Assembly (NCBI RefSeq): GCF_003231495.1
Contig: NZ_PQWO01000005.1
Location: 90,001-122,000 of the forward strand
DNA length: 32,000 nt
Reading direction: 5' to 3'
From: Acaryochloris thomasi RCC1774
GTDB taxonomy: Bacteria > Cyanobacteriota > Cyanobacteriia > Thermosynechococcales > Thermosynechococcaceae
This document shows, one piece after another, positions 1 to 8,815 of the stretch. Positions within the stretch are counted from its first letter, which is position 1; every line of letters starts with the position of its first letter. Below the pieces are notes generated by a model that was not told the origin of the DNA, did no database searches, and saw only the letters and a program-made list of their open reading frames with translations. A program made the translations under genes and the position numbers.

Positions 1-334
1 TCAAGATTTCTGGAAATTGCGCGATCTGCTCAAGAACATGAGGGGACAAATGCGTTGCTAATAAAACAACTTCTGTCTGCCTAGAAACCTTGAGATCACG
101 ACAAGCCCTTAGAAACTCAAAGCCATCCATGCGAGGCAGGTGGATATCTAAAAAGATTAGATCGACAGCTTCATGATCACTGGCCTGCAAATATTCCAGT
201 GCCTCATCAGCGTAGAGGAATTCATGAACCGTTTCGATTAAGCCAGACGACTCAAGATGAATACGATGAATGTAGTTGTCAGCTCCATCATCGTCTATTA
301 AGAGAACTGACTTAAGTTTGCCTAGCGGGTGCAT
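1..334 (-). CDS. CheY-like response-regulator receiver protein (C-terminal end runs off the window start)
   Basis: Absent from the ORF track because there is no in-window stop. ATG at 334-332, and the frame stays open down to position 2. My translation is MHPLGKLKSVLLIDDDGADNYIHRIHLESSGLIETVHEFLYADEALEYLQASDHEAVDLIFLDIHLPRMDGFEFLRACRDLKVSRQTEVVLLATHLSPHVLEQIAQFPEIL. It shows the acidic DDD pocket and the phospho-acceptor Asp in LIFLDIHLP. Confidence 0.75.
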   Translation of the reverse strand, partial: MHPLGKLKSVLLIDDDGADNYIHRIHLESSGLIETVHEFLYADEALEYLQASDHEAVDLIFLDIHLPRMDGFEFLRACRDLKVSRQTEVVLLATHLSPHVLEQIAQFPEIL

Positions 335-432
335 AAATTCTATTTTCAGACAGCCTGAAATGATCGACTACATTCAGTGTGCCCGCTTAGATCAGGGAGT
401 CTTACCTTGCTGACAATAGGGTGGTGAAAAAA

Positions 433-873
433 TCATTCATTCTGCAACGGTAGCTCGGCAGTCGTGAGCCAGAAGTGCTGGACTTGCTCAACCATTTGCA
501 TAAACTGATCCAGGTCGCTCGGCTTCCTTACGTAGCAATTAGCTCCCAGTGCATAGGTCCCCAAGATATCTTCATCTGCATCTGAGGTTGTCAACACAAC
601 CACAGGAATTGACTTGAAATTTTTTTCTTGTTTGACAGTCTGTAAAACTTCTTTGCCGCTCAGGCCAGGTAAATTCAAATCTAAAAGAATTAAGTTGGGG
701 CGTTGTACGTTGGCATACTGACCCTCATTGCGTAGATAACTAAGTGCATCCTGTCCATTACCCACCACGTTAAGGTCTAGGGCAGCCCCAGTGCGAGCTA
801 GACCAATGCGAGTGAGTTCAGCATCACCGGGATCATCTTCAACTAACAGAACTTGAAAATTACGGGATGTCAT
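433..873 (-). CDS. Single-domain CheY-like response regulator (Rcp1-like)
   Basis: 146-aa ORF with LLVEDDPGD, NLILLDLNLPGLSG, PVVVLTTS and NCYVRKP receiver motifs. No output domain. Strongly resembles the small regulators paired with cyanobacterial phytochrome-type kinases. Confidence 0.9.
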   Translation of the reverse strand: MTSRNFQVLLVEDDPGDAELTRIGLARTGAALDLNVVGNGQDALSYLRNEGQYANVQRPNLILLDLNLPGLSGKEVLQTVKQEKNFKSIPVVVLTTSDADEDILGTYALGANCYVRKPSDLDQFMQMVEQVQHFWLTTAELPLQNE

Positions 874-1065
874 TATGACTCAACTACTTAGCAAGGATTC
901 AGATTGACTCAATGCGATCTATTAATGATTGTAGTTCAGCTTTGTTCTATCAGGTTTTCTTTACAATCCCTGAGACCGAACTACAGTGAGAAATATTCGG
1001 CAGATGCAGGACTGTTATCGTTACAATGATGTGTAGAGTTAATAAATGTTAAAGATTTAGGTTTC

Positions 1066-2511
1066 ATGGTCCCGATTCAGCAACCGCTTACCCATAGACC
1101 GAAGCCTCCGATGTGGCTGTTGGGCTTGATGGGAGCAGGAATTGTGCTTGGAGTCTCAGGAGTATATGTGATCGGCCAGAGTGCATCTGGCGATATTGAT
1201 CTCAATCAGCTAACAGTTCCCGTCAAATCAGAAAGTTTAACGCTTCGGATCGCTGCCAGCGGAACGCTGATTCCTGCTCAGAACGTCAATCTCAGCCCTA
1301 AGGTCGCAGGCGTTGTAGCGCAGCTTCTCGTTGAGCAGGGCGATCAGGTTGAGCAGGGTCAAGTGATTGCTCGCATGGATCGCCGCGACTTAGAAGGGCA
1401 GATTATTCAAGCCCGAGCTTCTGTCGCTCAAGCTCAGGCAAGATTGGCAGAGCTACGGGCCGGAAATCGGGTTGAAGAGGTGGCGCAGGCACAGGCTCGG
1501 ATGTCTCAAGCGCAGGCCGAATTGGCACGCCGCCGAGATCGTCGCCCAGAGGCAGTGGCCGAAGCCAGCAGTCAAGTCGCAGCCGCTGAATCCATGGCAA
1601 AACTCTCCCAAAAGCGGGTGGACCGCTATCAGGGCTTAGCGGAGGCTGGGGCTGAAACGCGCGATCGTGTGGATGAAGTCATTGCAGACAATCAGAATGC
1701 CCAGGCAATGCTGCGAGAGGCTAGAATGCGGCTCCAGAGGGTCCAAAACGAGACGGAGAGAGAGGTCCAGCAGTCTGTTGCCAGCGTTCAAGAGGCTCAG
1801 CAAGCGTTCCGTTTATCTCAACAGGGCACACGTCCCGAAGAAATTGCGCAAGCTGTTGCCGCGACTCGAGAAGCTGAGGGTCGCTTGCGAATCGTTGAAA
1901 ATCAATTTCGAGATACAGACATTCGCGCCCCGTTTGCAGGGATTATCACGCAGAAGTTTGCCTCCGTGGGCGCTTTTGTCACCCCCACGACCTCAGCATC
2001 TTCCACCCTATCTTCAACGTCAGCTTCTATTGTGTCGCTGGCAAGAGAGTTAGAGGTGGTCGCGAAGGTGCCGGAAATCGATATTGGCAAGGTTAGACCT
2101 GGCCAGCAGGTCGAAATCAGAGCTGATGCCTATCCCGAAAAAACCTTTACAGGACGGGTTCGTCTGGTCTCTCCTGAAGCGGTTGTGGATCAAAATGTCA
2201 CGTCATTTGAGGTGCGTATATCACTGCTGAGCGGACAGGACCAGCTGCTATCAGGGATGAATACAGACCTCACCTTTTTGGGTGACAAGGTAGATGATGC
2301 GGTGGTGGTGCCGACGGTTGCGATCGCAACCCAAAAGGGCCAAGCCGGTGTCTATCTCCCTGACGAGGACGACAAACCAGAATTCAAGCCCGTCACCATC
2401 GGCACCTCTGTTGCTGACAAAACCCAGATTTTAGATGGCGTAGAACCGGGCGAGCGTGTCTTCATCGACTTCCCGGAGGGCGTAGAGCCGGAGGACAGTG
2501 AGGCAGAATAA
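1066..2511 (+). CDS. Efflux periplasmic adaptor, HlyD/MacA/DevB family
   Basis: 481 aa. N-terminal TM helix (MWLLGLMGAGIVLGVSGVYVI), a lipoyl-like segment (KVAGVVAQLLVEQGDQVEQGQVIARMD), a long Ala/Gln/Arg-rich coiled coil, and a beta-barrel segment (IRAPFAGIITQ). The stop overlaps the next start (TAATG at 2509-2513). Confidence 0.9.
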   Translation: MVPIQQPLTHRPKPPMWLLGLMGAGIVLGVSGVYVIGQSASGDIDLNQLTVPVKSESLTLRIAASGTLIPAQNVNLSPKVAGVVAQLLVEQGDQVEQGQVIARMDRRDLEGQIIQARASVAQAQARLAELRAGNRVEEVAQAQARMSQAQAELARRRDRRPEAVAEASSQVAAAESMAKLSQKRVDRYQGLAEAGAETRDRVDEVIADNQNAQAMLREARMRLQRVQNETEREVQQSVASVQEAQQAFRLSQQGTRPEEIAQAVAATREAEGRLRIVENQFRDTDIRAPFAGIITQKFASVGAFVTPTTSASSTLSSTSASIVSLARELEVVAKVPEIDIGKVRPGQQVEIRADAYPEKTFTGRVRLVSPEAVVDQNVTSFEVRISLLSGQDQLLSGMNTDLTFLGDKVDDAVVVPTVAIATQKGQAGVYLPDEDDKPEFKPVTIGTSVADKTQILDGVEPGERVFIDFPEGVEPEDSEAE

Positions 2512-3728
2512 TGGATATTGTTGAGAGCGTTAAGATGGCCGGGGCCACCCTGATTGCCAATCGGCTCCGCAGCAGCTTGACCATGCTGGGCATGATTATT
2601 GGCAACGCCTCCGTGATTTCGATGATTGCTGTCGGGCAAGGAGCAGAGAAATATGCAGCTGGGCAGTTTGAATCACTCGGTCCTAATTCTCTATTTATTG
2701 TCCCCGGTAGCGACAGAGCAAGGCGGCGCACCTTTGAGGTTCCCAAGACTCTTGTTCTGGCCGATGCCGAAGCGATTAGGACTCAAGTTCCAACGGTCCA
2801 GGGGGTTGCTCCGCAAATTCAAGAGCAGCTTTCTGTTGTATACGGAAACGTCAATACCAGCATTTCAGTGACGGGCACCGACGAAAATTATGCTGCGGTG
2901 CGCGACCATGACGTCGCTCAGGGGCGATTTATTACGGCTCTCGATGTTAAACGCGGCAATCCTATAGCCGTCATTGGCTCTGATGTCGTAGATAAAGTCT
3001 TTGGCAGCACAAATCCCCTAGGCAAACAACTGCGGCTCAACAACCTCAGTTTTCAAATCGTGGGAATTATGGAGACGAAAGGTTCTTTCCTTGGCTCCAG
3101 TCAAGATGACGTCATTTTTATTCCGCTGTCGGTGATGGCGGATCGGCTGTCAGGTTCCACTTCTCCCTTCGGGACTCAGCTCACTTTTATTTCGGTTTCT
3201 GCCCGCAATCAGGCCAGTATTCCAGCCGCACAGTTCCAGATTCGCAACCTGCTGCGGCTCCGGCACAAGATAATCGATGAAGATGATTTCACGGTGCGAT
3301 CGCAAAAGCAGGCCCTCGAAATTATTGGCAACGTCAGCGGTGCCTTAACCGTTATGCTCGCCGCCATTGCCAGCATCTCGCTCTTGGTCGGCGGCATCGG
3401 CATTATGAATATCATGTTGGTTTCTGTGACCGAGCGCATTCAAGAAATTGGCCTGCGGAAAGCCATTGGCGCTTCACAGCAGGATATTTTGGTGCAGTTC
3501 ATGATTGAAGCCATCATTCTCTCAGCGGCAGGCGGCCTGATCGGGACCGCAGTTGGCGTCGGCGGCACCCTCGTAGTAGGAGCCTTCACACCCTTAGAGA
3601 CGGGCATTTCAATCCCTGCCGTGGTTATGGCAGTCAGCGTTTCCGGCGGCATTGGTCTCTTCTTCGGCGTCGTGCCCGCCCGTCGCGCCGCCAGGATGGA
3701 TCCCATTGTCGCGCTCCGCAGCGCCTAA
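2511..3728 (+). CDS. ABC-transporter permease, MacB/DevC-like (FtsX domain, large periplasmic loop)
   Basis: 405 aa. N-terminal TM helix, a periplasmic domain of about 230 aa, and a C-terminal FtsX-type three-TM bundle (ERIQEIGLRKAIGASQQDILVQF, ARRAARMDPIVALRSA). Translationally coupled to the adaptor gene. No ATPase gene follows. Confidence 0.9.
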   Translation: MDIVESVKMAGATLIANRLRSSLTMLGMIIGNASVISMIAVGQGAEKYAAGQFESLGPNSLFIVPGSDRARRRTFEVPKTLVLADAEAIRTQVPTVQGVAPQIQEQLSVVYGNVNTSISVTGTDENYAAVRDHDVAQGRFITALDVKRGNPIAVIGSDVVDKVFGSTNPLGKQLRLNNLSFQIVGIMETKGSFLGSSQDDVIFIPLSVMADRLSGSTSPFGTQLTFISVSARNQASIPAAQFQIRNLLRLRHKIIDEDDFTVRSQKQALEIIGNVSGALTVMLAAIASISLLVGGIGIMNIMLVSVTERIQEIGLRKAIGASQQDILVQFMIEAIILSAAGGLIGTAVGVGGTLVVGAFTPLETGISIPAVVMAVSVSGGIGLFFGVVPARRAARMDPIVALRSA

Positions 3729-4005
3729 TCAGATTCTCTACAAGTGGGTCTATAGGAGATGAGGCTCGGAAACCGCTTTGGTGCTGATCTTTTGAACTAG
3801 GTTTGGCCATTCTTATCGATTGACCAAGCACAGAAACAAACTTTTGGTAGCGCTGACGTATTAATCCATACACTTGGGAGCATAGATAGTCAAGTTCGTA
3901 ACGATGCTAAAAAAAAGATTTTTCTATGCAAAAATCAAACTGACGTGTTGCGACATGATTTCGTGCAGCAACAAAGGTAAATGAGTTTTTTAAGGTATAG
4001 GTATC

Positions 4006-6420
4006 GTGAACAATCAAAGCATACTCGATCAGCTTCGAGAGTTTAAGGCACAGAAAAGCTTATTTTCTGAGCGTTACAGCTTCATACAGCAAGAACCTGA
4101 TGTGCCTACGGAGCCTTCAAGCTCAATACAACAGCCACTCCTTCGTACTGAAGTGAGTCAGAACGGTTCTTTAGGTTTGGCATCCGTCATTCAGCCACCC
4201 TCCGCTTTCAGATCGTTGGGCAGCACACAGACAGCAGCACCGCTGAGTGATGAGGCATTACCCGAACTCATTCTCGATCCCGTTACACAACTGGTGACGG
4301 TTGACGATGATTCCCCTACTGTTTCTGTCCTCTGGGACCGGGCCGTGCAGCTAGCGGTGATCAATGGCGCTCCAGGTCCAACGGTCGCATCCCGCGCCTA
4401 CGGTATGTTGCACACGGCCATGTTTGACGCTTGGGCAGCCTATGACCCCGTTGCGATCGCAACCCAACTGGGCGATGACCTGCAGCAGTCCGCCTCAGCC
4501 AACACCGTCGAAAACAAAACAGAGGCCATGAGTTACGCCGCCTATCGCGTACTCACCGATCTTTTTCCTGAAGAGATTGCTAGCTTTGACGCCTTGATGG
4601 CTGAATTGGGCTTTGACCCCAGCAATACCACCACCGACACCACCACCGCTGCCGGGATTGGAAATGTATCAGCAGAAGCGCTTCTAGAGTTTCGCCGTAC
4701 GGATGGCTCAAATCAGCTCGGTAACGATCCGAACGGCACGCTGGGTACTCCCTACTCTGACAACAGTGGATACACCCCCTTCAACAATACGGGCGAAAGC
4801 ATTGACATCGAACGCTGGACCCCCGAGAGCGTTCCCATTGACGCGGCCCCCGGAGAAGAACTTCGAACCCAACAATTCCTAACGCCCCAGTGGGGTGATG
4901 TCACCCCCTTCAGCCTAGACTCCGGCGATCAGCTTCGCCCCGAAGCCCCTGAACCCTTTTTGGTTGACGGCGTTGGGGGAACCGTCGATCTCGAAGCCAA
5001 AACCATTACGCTAGCCGACGGCACGGTACTCCCCATTAGCAAAGACCTGATTGGTACCGTTATTAACCCTGGCTTTATTGAGCAAGCCGAGAGAGTCGTC
5101 GAAGTCAGTGCCAATCTAACCGATGAGGAAAAGCTGGTTGCTGAATTTTGGGAAGACGGCGGCGGGACTTCATTCCCTCCCGGCACCTGGATGACTTTCG
5201 GGCAGTTTGTTTCAGCCCGCGACAACAACAGCCTCGACACCGATGCTCAACTGTTCTTCGGACTTGGCAATGCTGTCTTCGACGCGGGCGTGACTACCTG
5301 GGAAGCCAAAACGTTCTACGACTACGCCCGTCCGGTTCGCGCAATCCGCGATCTCGGTGAACTCGGCCTGATCGGCGAATTTGATGCAGACCTGGGTGGC
5401 TTTGCCGTTGATGCTTGGGCAGGCCCCGGTGAAGGCACCCAAAGAATACTGGCGACAGACTTCATCACCTATCAAACCCCCGGCACAGACCCGTCACCTC
5501 CGTTTGCTGAATACACCTCAGGACACAGCGCCTTCAGCGCTTCCGGTGCCGAAATCTTGAAGTTGTTTACGGGCAGTGATTCCTTCGGCGGGTCTGTCAC
5601 CTTTGCACCCGGTGAATCACGGTTTGAGCCAGGTCTCACGCCAGGGGATGAAACAACCCTAGACTGGAATACTTTCACGACGGCAGCCGACGAAGCCGGA
5701 ATTTCTCGGATTTATGGTGGCATTCACTTCGATGACGGTGACCTTAATGGTCGAGCATTGGGTCGCCAAGTCGGTCGCTCTGTCCTCGATCAGACCCTGC
5801 TTTTTATTAACGGAGGCCAAGCCGTCAACTCCATTACCGGTACCGAGCGCCGTGACTTTTTACGCGGCACTAGTGGGGATGACCGCATCGTGGGTCTCGG
5901 TGGCAATGATGTCATCTGGGCTCGTCGCGGCAATGATCGGGCACTTGGGGGCGATGGGCGTGATGTGATCTTCGGCGGACAGGGCAGCGATTCTCTAAGT
6001 GGCGGCAGCGGTCGGGATGCTTTGCTGGGCGGCACCGGACGGGATTACCTGACGGGTGGCCACGATCGTGACGTCCTCAAGGGCGGCAGCGCTGATGACA
6101 TCCTGATGGGCGATCAGGGCAATGATGTTCTGTTCGGCGGTCGGGGACGTGATGGCTTTATCTTCGGCAACGGCGACGGCAAAGATGTCGTCTTTGATTT
6201 CAAGGTAGGCACTGACTTCATCGGCTTAGTGGACGGGTTAACCTTTGATGACCTCGATATCTCTCGCCGGGGCCGCAACACGGTTCTAGGCGTCACCGAA
6301 ACGGGAGAAGACCTGGCCATTCTTAGACGGGTTTCCTCTTCTCAATTAACAGAAGATCAGTTTTTAGCCGCCGCTGACTTCTCAGGTTTCACTAGAATTC
6401 CTAGCGATTCAGTCACCTGA
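4006..6420 (+). CDS. PAP2 / vanadium-dependent haloperoxidase-like protein fused to C-terminal RTX (hemolysin-type Ca-binding) repeats
   Basis: 804 aa with a GTG start. PAP2/VHPO motifs: K-x6-RP (AKTFYDYARP, from 5308), SGH (YTSGHSAF, from 5518) and SRIYGGIHF (about 5704-5727). Roughly 10 GGxGxD nonapeptide repeats lie at about 5840-6200 (GGNDVIW, GGDGRDVIF, GGQGSDSLS, GGSGRDALL, GGTGRDYLT and others). No N-terminal signal peptide, which fits type-I secretion substrates. Confidence 0.8.
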   Translation: MNNQSILDQLREFKAQKSLFSERYSFIQQEPDVPTEPSSSIQQPLLRTEVSQNGSLGLASVIQPPSAFRSLGSTQTAAPLSDEALPELILDPVTQLVTVDDDSPTVSVLWDRAVQLAVINGAPGPTVASRAYGMLHTAMFDAWAAYDPVAIATQLGDDLQQSASANTVENKTEAMSYAAYRVLTDLFPEEIASFDALMAELGFDPSNTTTDTTTAAGIGNVSAEALLEFRRTDGSNQLGNDPNGTLGTPYSDNSGYTPFNNTGESIDIERWTPESVPIDAAPGEELRTQQFLTPQWGDVTPFSLDSGDQLRPEAPEPFLVDGVGGTVDLEAKTITLADGTVLPISKDLIGTVINPGFIEQAERVVEVSANLTDEEKLVAEFWEDGGGTSFPPGTWMTFGQFVSARDNNSLDTDAQLFFGLGNAVFDAGVTTWEAKTFYDYARPVRAIRDLGELGLIGEFDADLGGFAVDAWAGPGEGTQRILATDFITYQTPGTDPSPPFAEYTSGHSAFSASGAEILKLFTGSDSFGGSVTFAPGESRFEPGLTPGDETTLDWNTFTTAADEAGISRIYGGIHFDDGDLNGRALGRQVGRSVLDQTLLFINGGQAVNSITGTERRDFLRGTSGDDRIVGLGGNDVIWARRGNDRALGGDGRDVIFGGQGSDSLSGGSGRDALLGGTGRDYLTGGHDRDVLKGGSADDILMGDQGNDVLFGGRGRDGFIFGNGDGKDVVFDFKVGTDFIGLVDGLTFDDLDISRRGRNTVLGVTETGEDLAILRRVSSSQLTEDQFLAAADFSGFTRIPSDSVT

Positions 6421-6445
6421 TATCAGCAGGAATAAACTTTCATCA

Positions 6446-6478
6446 GCGCGGGTGACCATAGGATCACCCGCGCTTTTT
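6446..6478 (+). terminator. Rho-independent terminator after the RTX gene
   Basis: GCGCGGGTGA (6446-6455), an 8-nt loop, TCACCCGCGC (6464-6473), then TTTTT (6474-6478). This is a perfect 10-bp GC-rich stem. Confidence 0.75.
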
Positions 6479-6564
6479 ATCGACCCACCACGATAGATTT
6501 TTCTCTGAAGAAAGGTTAGGTTGGGCATGCTTTTCTGCTTTTCATCCATCATTGGCACCTGCAC

Positions 6565-7254
6565 ATGCTGAAATATCTAACGTTCGGTATTGTTCTTGGC
6601 TTCAGCACTCCGCTGCTTCCTGTTGCCGCTGAAGTTCTAGAACGACGAGGCCCTGACAGCCAGGATGCTCGGCTCTATTTCAATCGGGGGTTGTCTGATC
6701 ACGAGCAAGAGAAGTATGGAGATGCGATCGCAAACTTCAGTCAAGCCATTCAGCTCAATCCCAGAGATGCAAAGGCTTACAATGCACGGGGCAATGCCCA
6801 CGGCACACTTAAAAACAGTAAAGATGCGATCGCAAACTATGCTCAGGCCATCCAGCTTGATCCAGGGTTTTCTTGGCCTTACTACAATCGAGGCAACTTA
6901 AAGGCCCAGTTACAGAACTATGCCGGTGCGATCGCAGACTATAACTTGGCGATTCAGCTCGATCCGCAAGATTCCGATATGTACAATAACCGGGGCTACG
7001 CGAAACAGAAGCAGCAAGATTACCTCAGTGCAATTACAGATTTTACCCAAGCCATTCGCCTGGAACCTGAGAATGCCAAGGCTTATTACAATCGAGGTCG
7101 TTCCCAAGCTCTTCTTAAAGAATACGACGGCGCAATGGCAGACTATCACCAAGCAGAATCACTTTTTAAAGCTCAAGGTGATACAAAAGCCACTCGCGTC
7201 ATTCAAAGGAGTCTCCGAGAACTAGAGCAAGCCTTCAAGCCCATTATCAGTTGA
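6565..7254 (+). CDS. Secreted/periplasmic TPR-repeat protein
   Basis: 229 aa. Signal-like N-terminus (MLKYLTFGIVLGFSTPLLPVAAEV) and five consecutive 34-aa TPR units (AIANFSQAIQLNP, AIANYAQAIQLDP, AIADYNLAIQLDP, AITDFTQAIRLEP and others). Confidence 0.9.
   Translation: MLKYLTFGIVLGFSTPLLPVAAEVLERRGPDSQDARLYFNRGLSDHEQEKYGDAIANFSQAIQLNPRDAKAYNARGNAHGTLKNSKDAIANYAQAIQLDPGFSWPYYNRGNLKAQLQNYAGAIADYNLAIQLDPQDSDMYNNRGYAKQKQQDYLSAITDFTQAIRLEPENAKAYYNRGRSQALLKEYDGAMADYHQAESLFKAQGDTKATRVIQRSLRELEQAFKPIIS
6724..6935. repeat. Three HIP1 octamers (GCGATCGC) at an exact 102-bp period inside the TPR gene
   Basis: GCGATCGC at 6724-6731, 6826-6833 and 6928-6935. Each encodes the Ala-Ile-Ala of the TPR consensus, and the 102-bp spacing equals 34 codons. 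Confidence 0.9.
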
Positions 7255-7329
7255 TGTTTGCCTGGGCAGACTCTCTCTCGGGTCGGGTATAGCTCTCTCA
7301 ACGCTATTCGTCGTCTCTTTTCAAAGCCA

Positions 7330-8040
7330 CTAAACCAAGCGAAGAACTTCAGCGCTTTCAATCAACTGAGAAGTCGCCCCATCCGCAGTTGGGACAACGT
7401 TGTATGCGGCTGCATTTTCACGACCAGAGATAATCCGCTGCAGCTCACCATCCACAAAATGAACGGCAGCACCATCATCAATAGCAATGCCAGGGGGGAG
7501 TTTGCCCGTTGCCACATGTTCTTCAAAAGTTGGCTGACGTGCTTCATCGGCAGAATAATGAGGACAACAACTCCCGGAGATGAAGTCGAGGCACTTGATA
7601 AGACCTAGCCCGCCCGCTCTGGCATCTGTAACACCGCATTCAAACCAGCAAACAGCACCTGCACTAATGCCTGCGAGAACAGTTCCGTTCTGAACGGCCT
7701 CTTTCAATAGGGGGACTAGGCTCCAGACTTCCCAAATCGCCAACATCGTAAGGGTATTGCCACCCCCTACATAAATAATGTCCTGCTGTTGGACCCAAGC
7801 AGCGAGATTGGGTGTCCGGTGGAAAAAGGTGAGGTGCGAGGGCTGACAGTTGAGTTTGGAAAAGCGGGAATAGAACTTTAGGCAAGCGCTATCTGAGTCT
7901 CCGCTGGCGGTTCCTAGAAAGCCGATCTTCGGTTGGCTGGTTTGACTCTGCTCAAGAACATAGGTATCAAGACCGGCTTTAGCCTTCTCGCAGAGGCCGC
8001 CGCCGCCAATGGCAATAATCTGACCTTGAGTCATGATCAC
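7330..8040 (-). CDS. Peptidase S51 family protein (dipeptidase E / cyanophycinase-like)
   Basis: 236 aa with IIAIGGGG, IIYVGGGNTLTMLAIW and VLAGISAGAVCW (Ser nucleophile context). The track start at 8040 is GTG; ATG at 8034 (MTQGQII) is the likelier start. Confidence 0.8.
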   Translation of the reverse strand: MIMTQGQIIAIGGGGLCEKAKAGLDTYVLEQSQTSQPKIGFLGTASGDSDSACLKFYSRFSKLNCQPSHLTFFHRTPNLAAWVQQQDIIYVGGGNTLTMLAIWEVWSLVPLLKEAVQNGTVLAGISAGAVCWFECGVTDARAGGLGLIKCLDFISGSCCPHYSADEARQPTFEEHVATGKLPPGIAIDDGAAVHFVDGELQRIISGRENAAAYNVVPTADGATSQLIESAEVLRLV

Positions 8041-8072
8041 AATTTAACCAACAGTATTCATCTGCCATAATA

Positions 8073-8090
8073 TAGCTAGATTAGCTAGAT
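8073..8090 (+). promoter_or_regulatory. Candidate VapB operator: perfect tandem 9-bp direct repeat TAGCTAGAT x2
   Basis: TAGCTAGAT at 8073-8081 and 8082-8090, 12 nt upstream of the vapB start. Each unit contains the CTAG/TAGCTA palindrome, and a -10-like CATAAT/TAATAT (8066-8073) abuts it. Confidence 0.35.
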
Positions 8091-8102
8091 GAGTAATGAA
8101 TA

Positions 8103-8345
8103 ATGGAATGGCGACTAGCAGAGGCAAAGAATAAATTCAGTGAGTTGGTCAACCTTGCACTTTCGGAAGGGCCTCAAAAAGTAAAACGTCGGAATGATGT
8201 TGTGGTTGTGTTAGCTGAGCATGACTATGAACTATTAACTGGTACAAAGCCTAGCTTTAAAGACTTTTTGCTGCAGGACGGTCCCAGTCTAGAGGGAATT
8301 GAGCTAGAACGAGATCGCTCCCCCATGCGAGATGTAGAATTGTGA
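8103..8345 (+). CDS. vapB: Type II antitoxin, Phd/YefM-like (VapB role)
   Basis: 80 aa. MEWRLAEAKNKFSELVNLA...VVVVL is the typical Phd/YefM N-terminus. There is a 4-nt overlap (GTGA) with the downstream PIN gene. Confidence 0.8.
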   Translation: MEWRLAEAKNKFSELVNLALSEGPQKVKRRNDVVVVLAEHDYELLTGTKPSFKDFLLQDGPSLEGIELERDRSPMRDVEL

Positions 8346-8764
8346 GCACACTGCTCGATACTTGCGTTTTATCTGAGTTGAGACATCCCAATTGTGATGA
8401 GGGGGTCAAGATCGCAGTATCTACTCTAGCCAGTCAAGATCTATTCATCAGCGTGATTTCCATAGGTGAAATTACGAAGGGGATTGCATTACTTGAGGCG
8501 AGTAAACGTAAACAGGAGCTTTTAACCTGGATCCACAAGCTGGAAAAGAATTATTCAGATCGTCTTCTACCCGTCGATCTTGAGGTGGTAAAAATTTGGG
8601 GAGAAATTACGGCAAACGCTCAGAGAAAAGGGCGAATCATCCCTACTGGTGATGGGCTGATTGCCTCAACAGCTCAACATCATGGCCTAAAGGTGATGAC
8701 ACGAAACATTTCTGACTTTGAGCCGACGGGGGTAATGCTCGTGAATCCTTGGAGTGGAGATTAG
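8342..8764 (+). CDS. vapC: Type II toxin VapC (PIN-domain ribonuclease)
   Basis: 140 aa with a GTG start. LLDTCVLSE (first acidic PIN residue), GEIT...A, and a C-terminal D...TRN segment (GLKVMTRNISDF). Confidence 0.9.
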   Translation: MSTLLDTCVLSELRHPNCDEGVKIAVSTLASQDLFISVISIGEITKGIALLEASKRKQELLTWIHKLEKNYSDRLLPVDLEVVKIWGEITANAQRKGRIIPTGDGLIASTAQHHGLKVMTRNISDFEPTGVMLVNPWSGD

Positions 8765-8815
8765 CGCAATCTTATTCTCATTGCCCCCTAACAGAAAACG
8801 CAAAAGATCATGTGC

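Noticed and set aside
1066-6420. Calling the adaptor, permease and RTX protein a complete type I secretion system
   Set aside because: The permease is MacB/FtsX-type without an ATPase, not a HlyB-type ABC exporter, and there is no TolC-like gene in the window. Only adjacency is observed.
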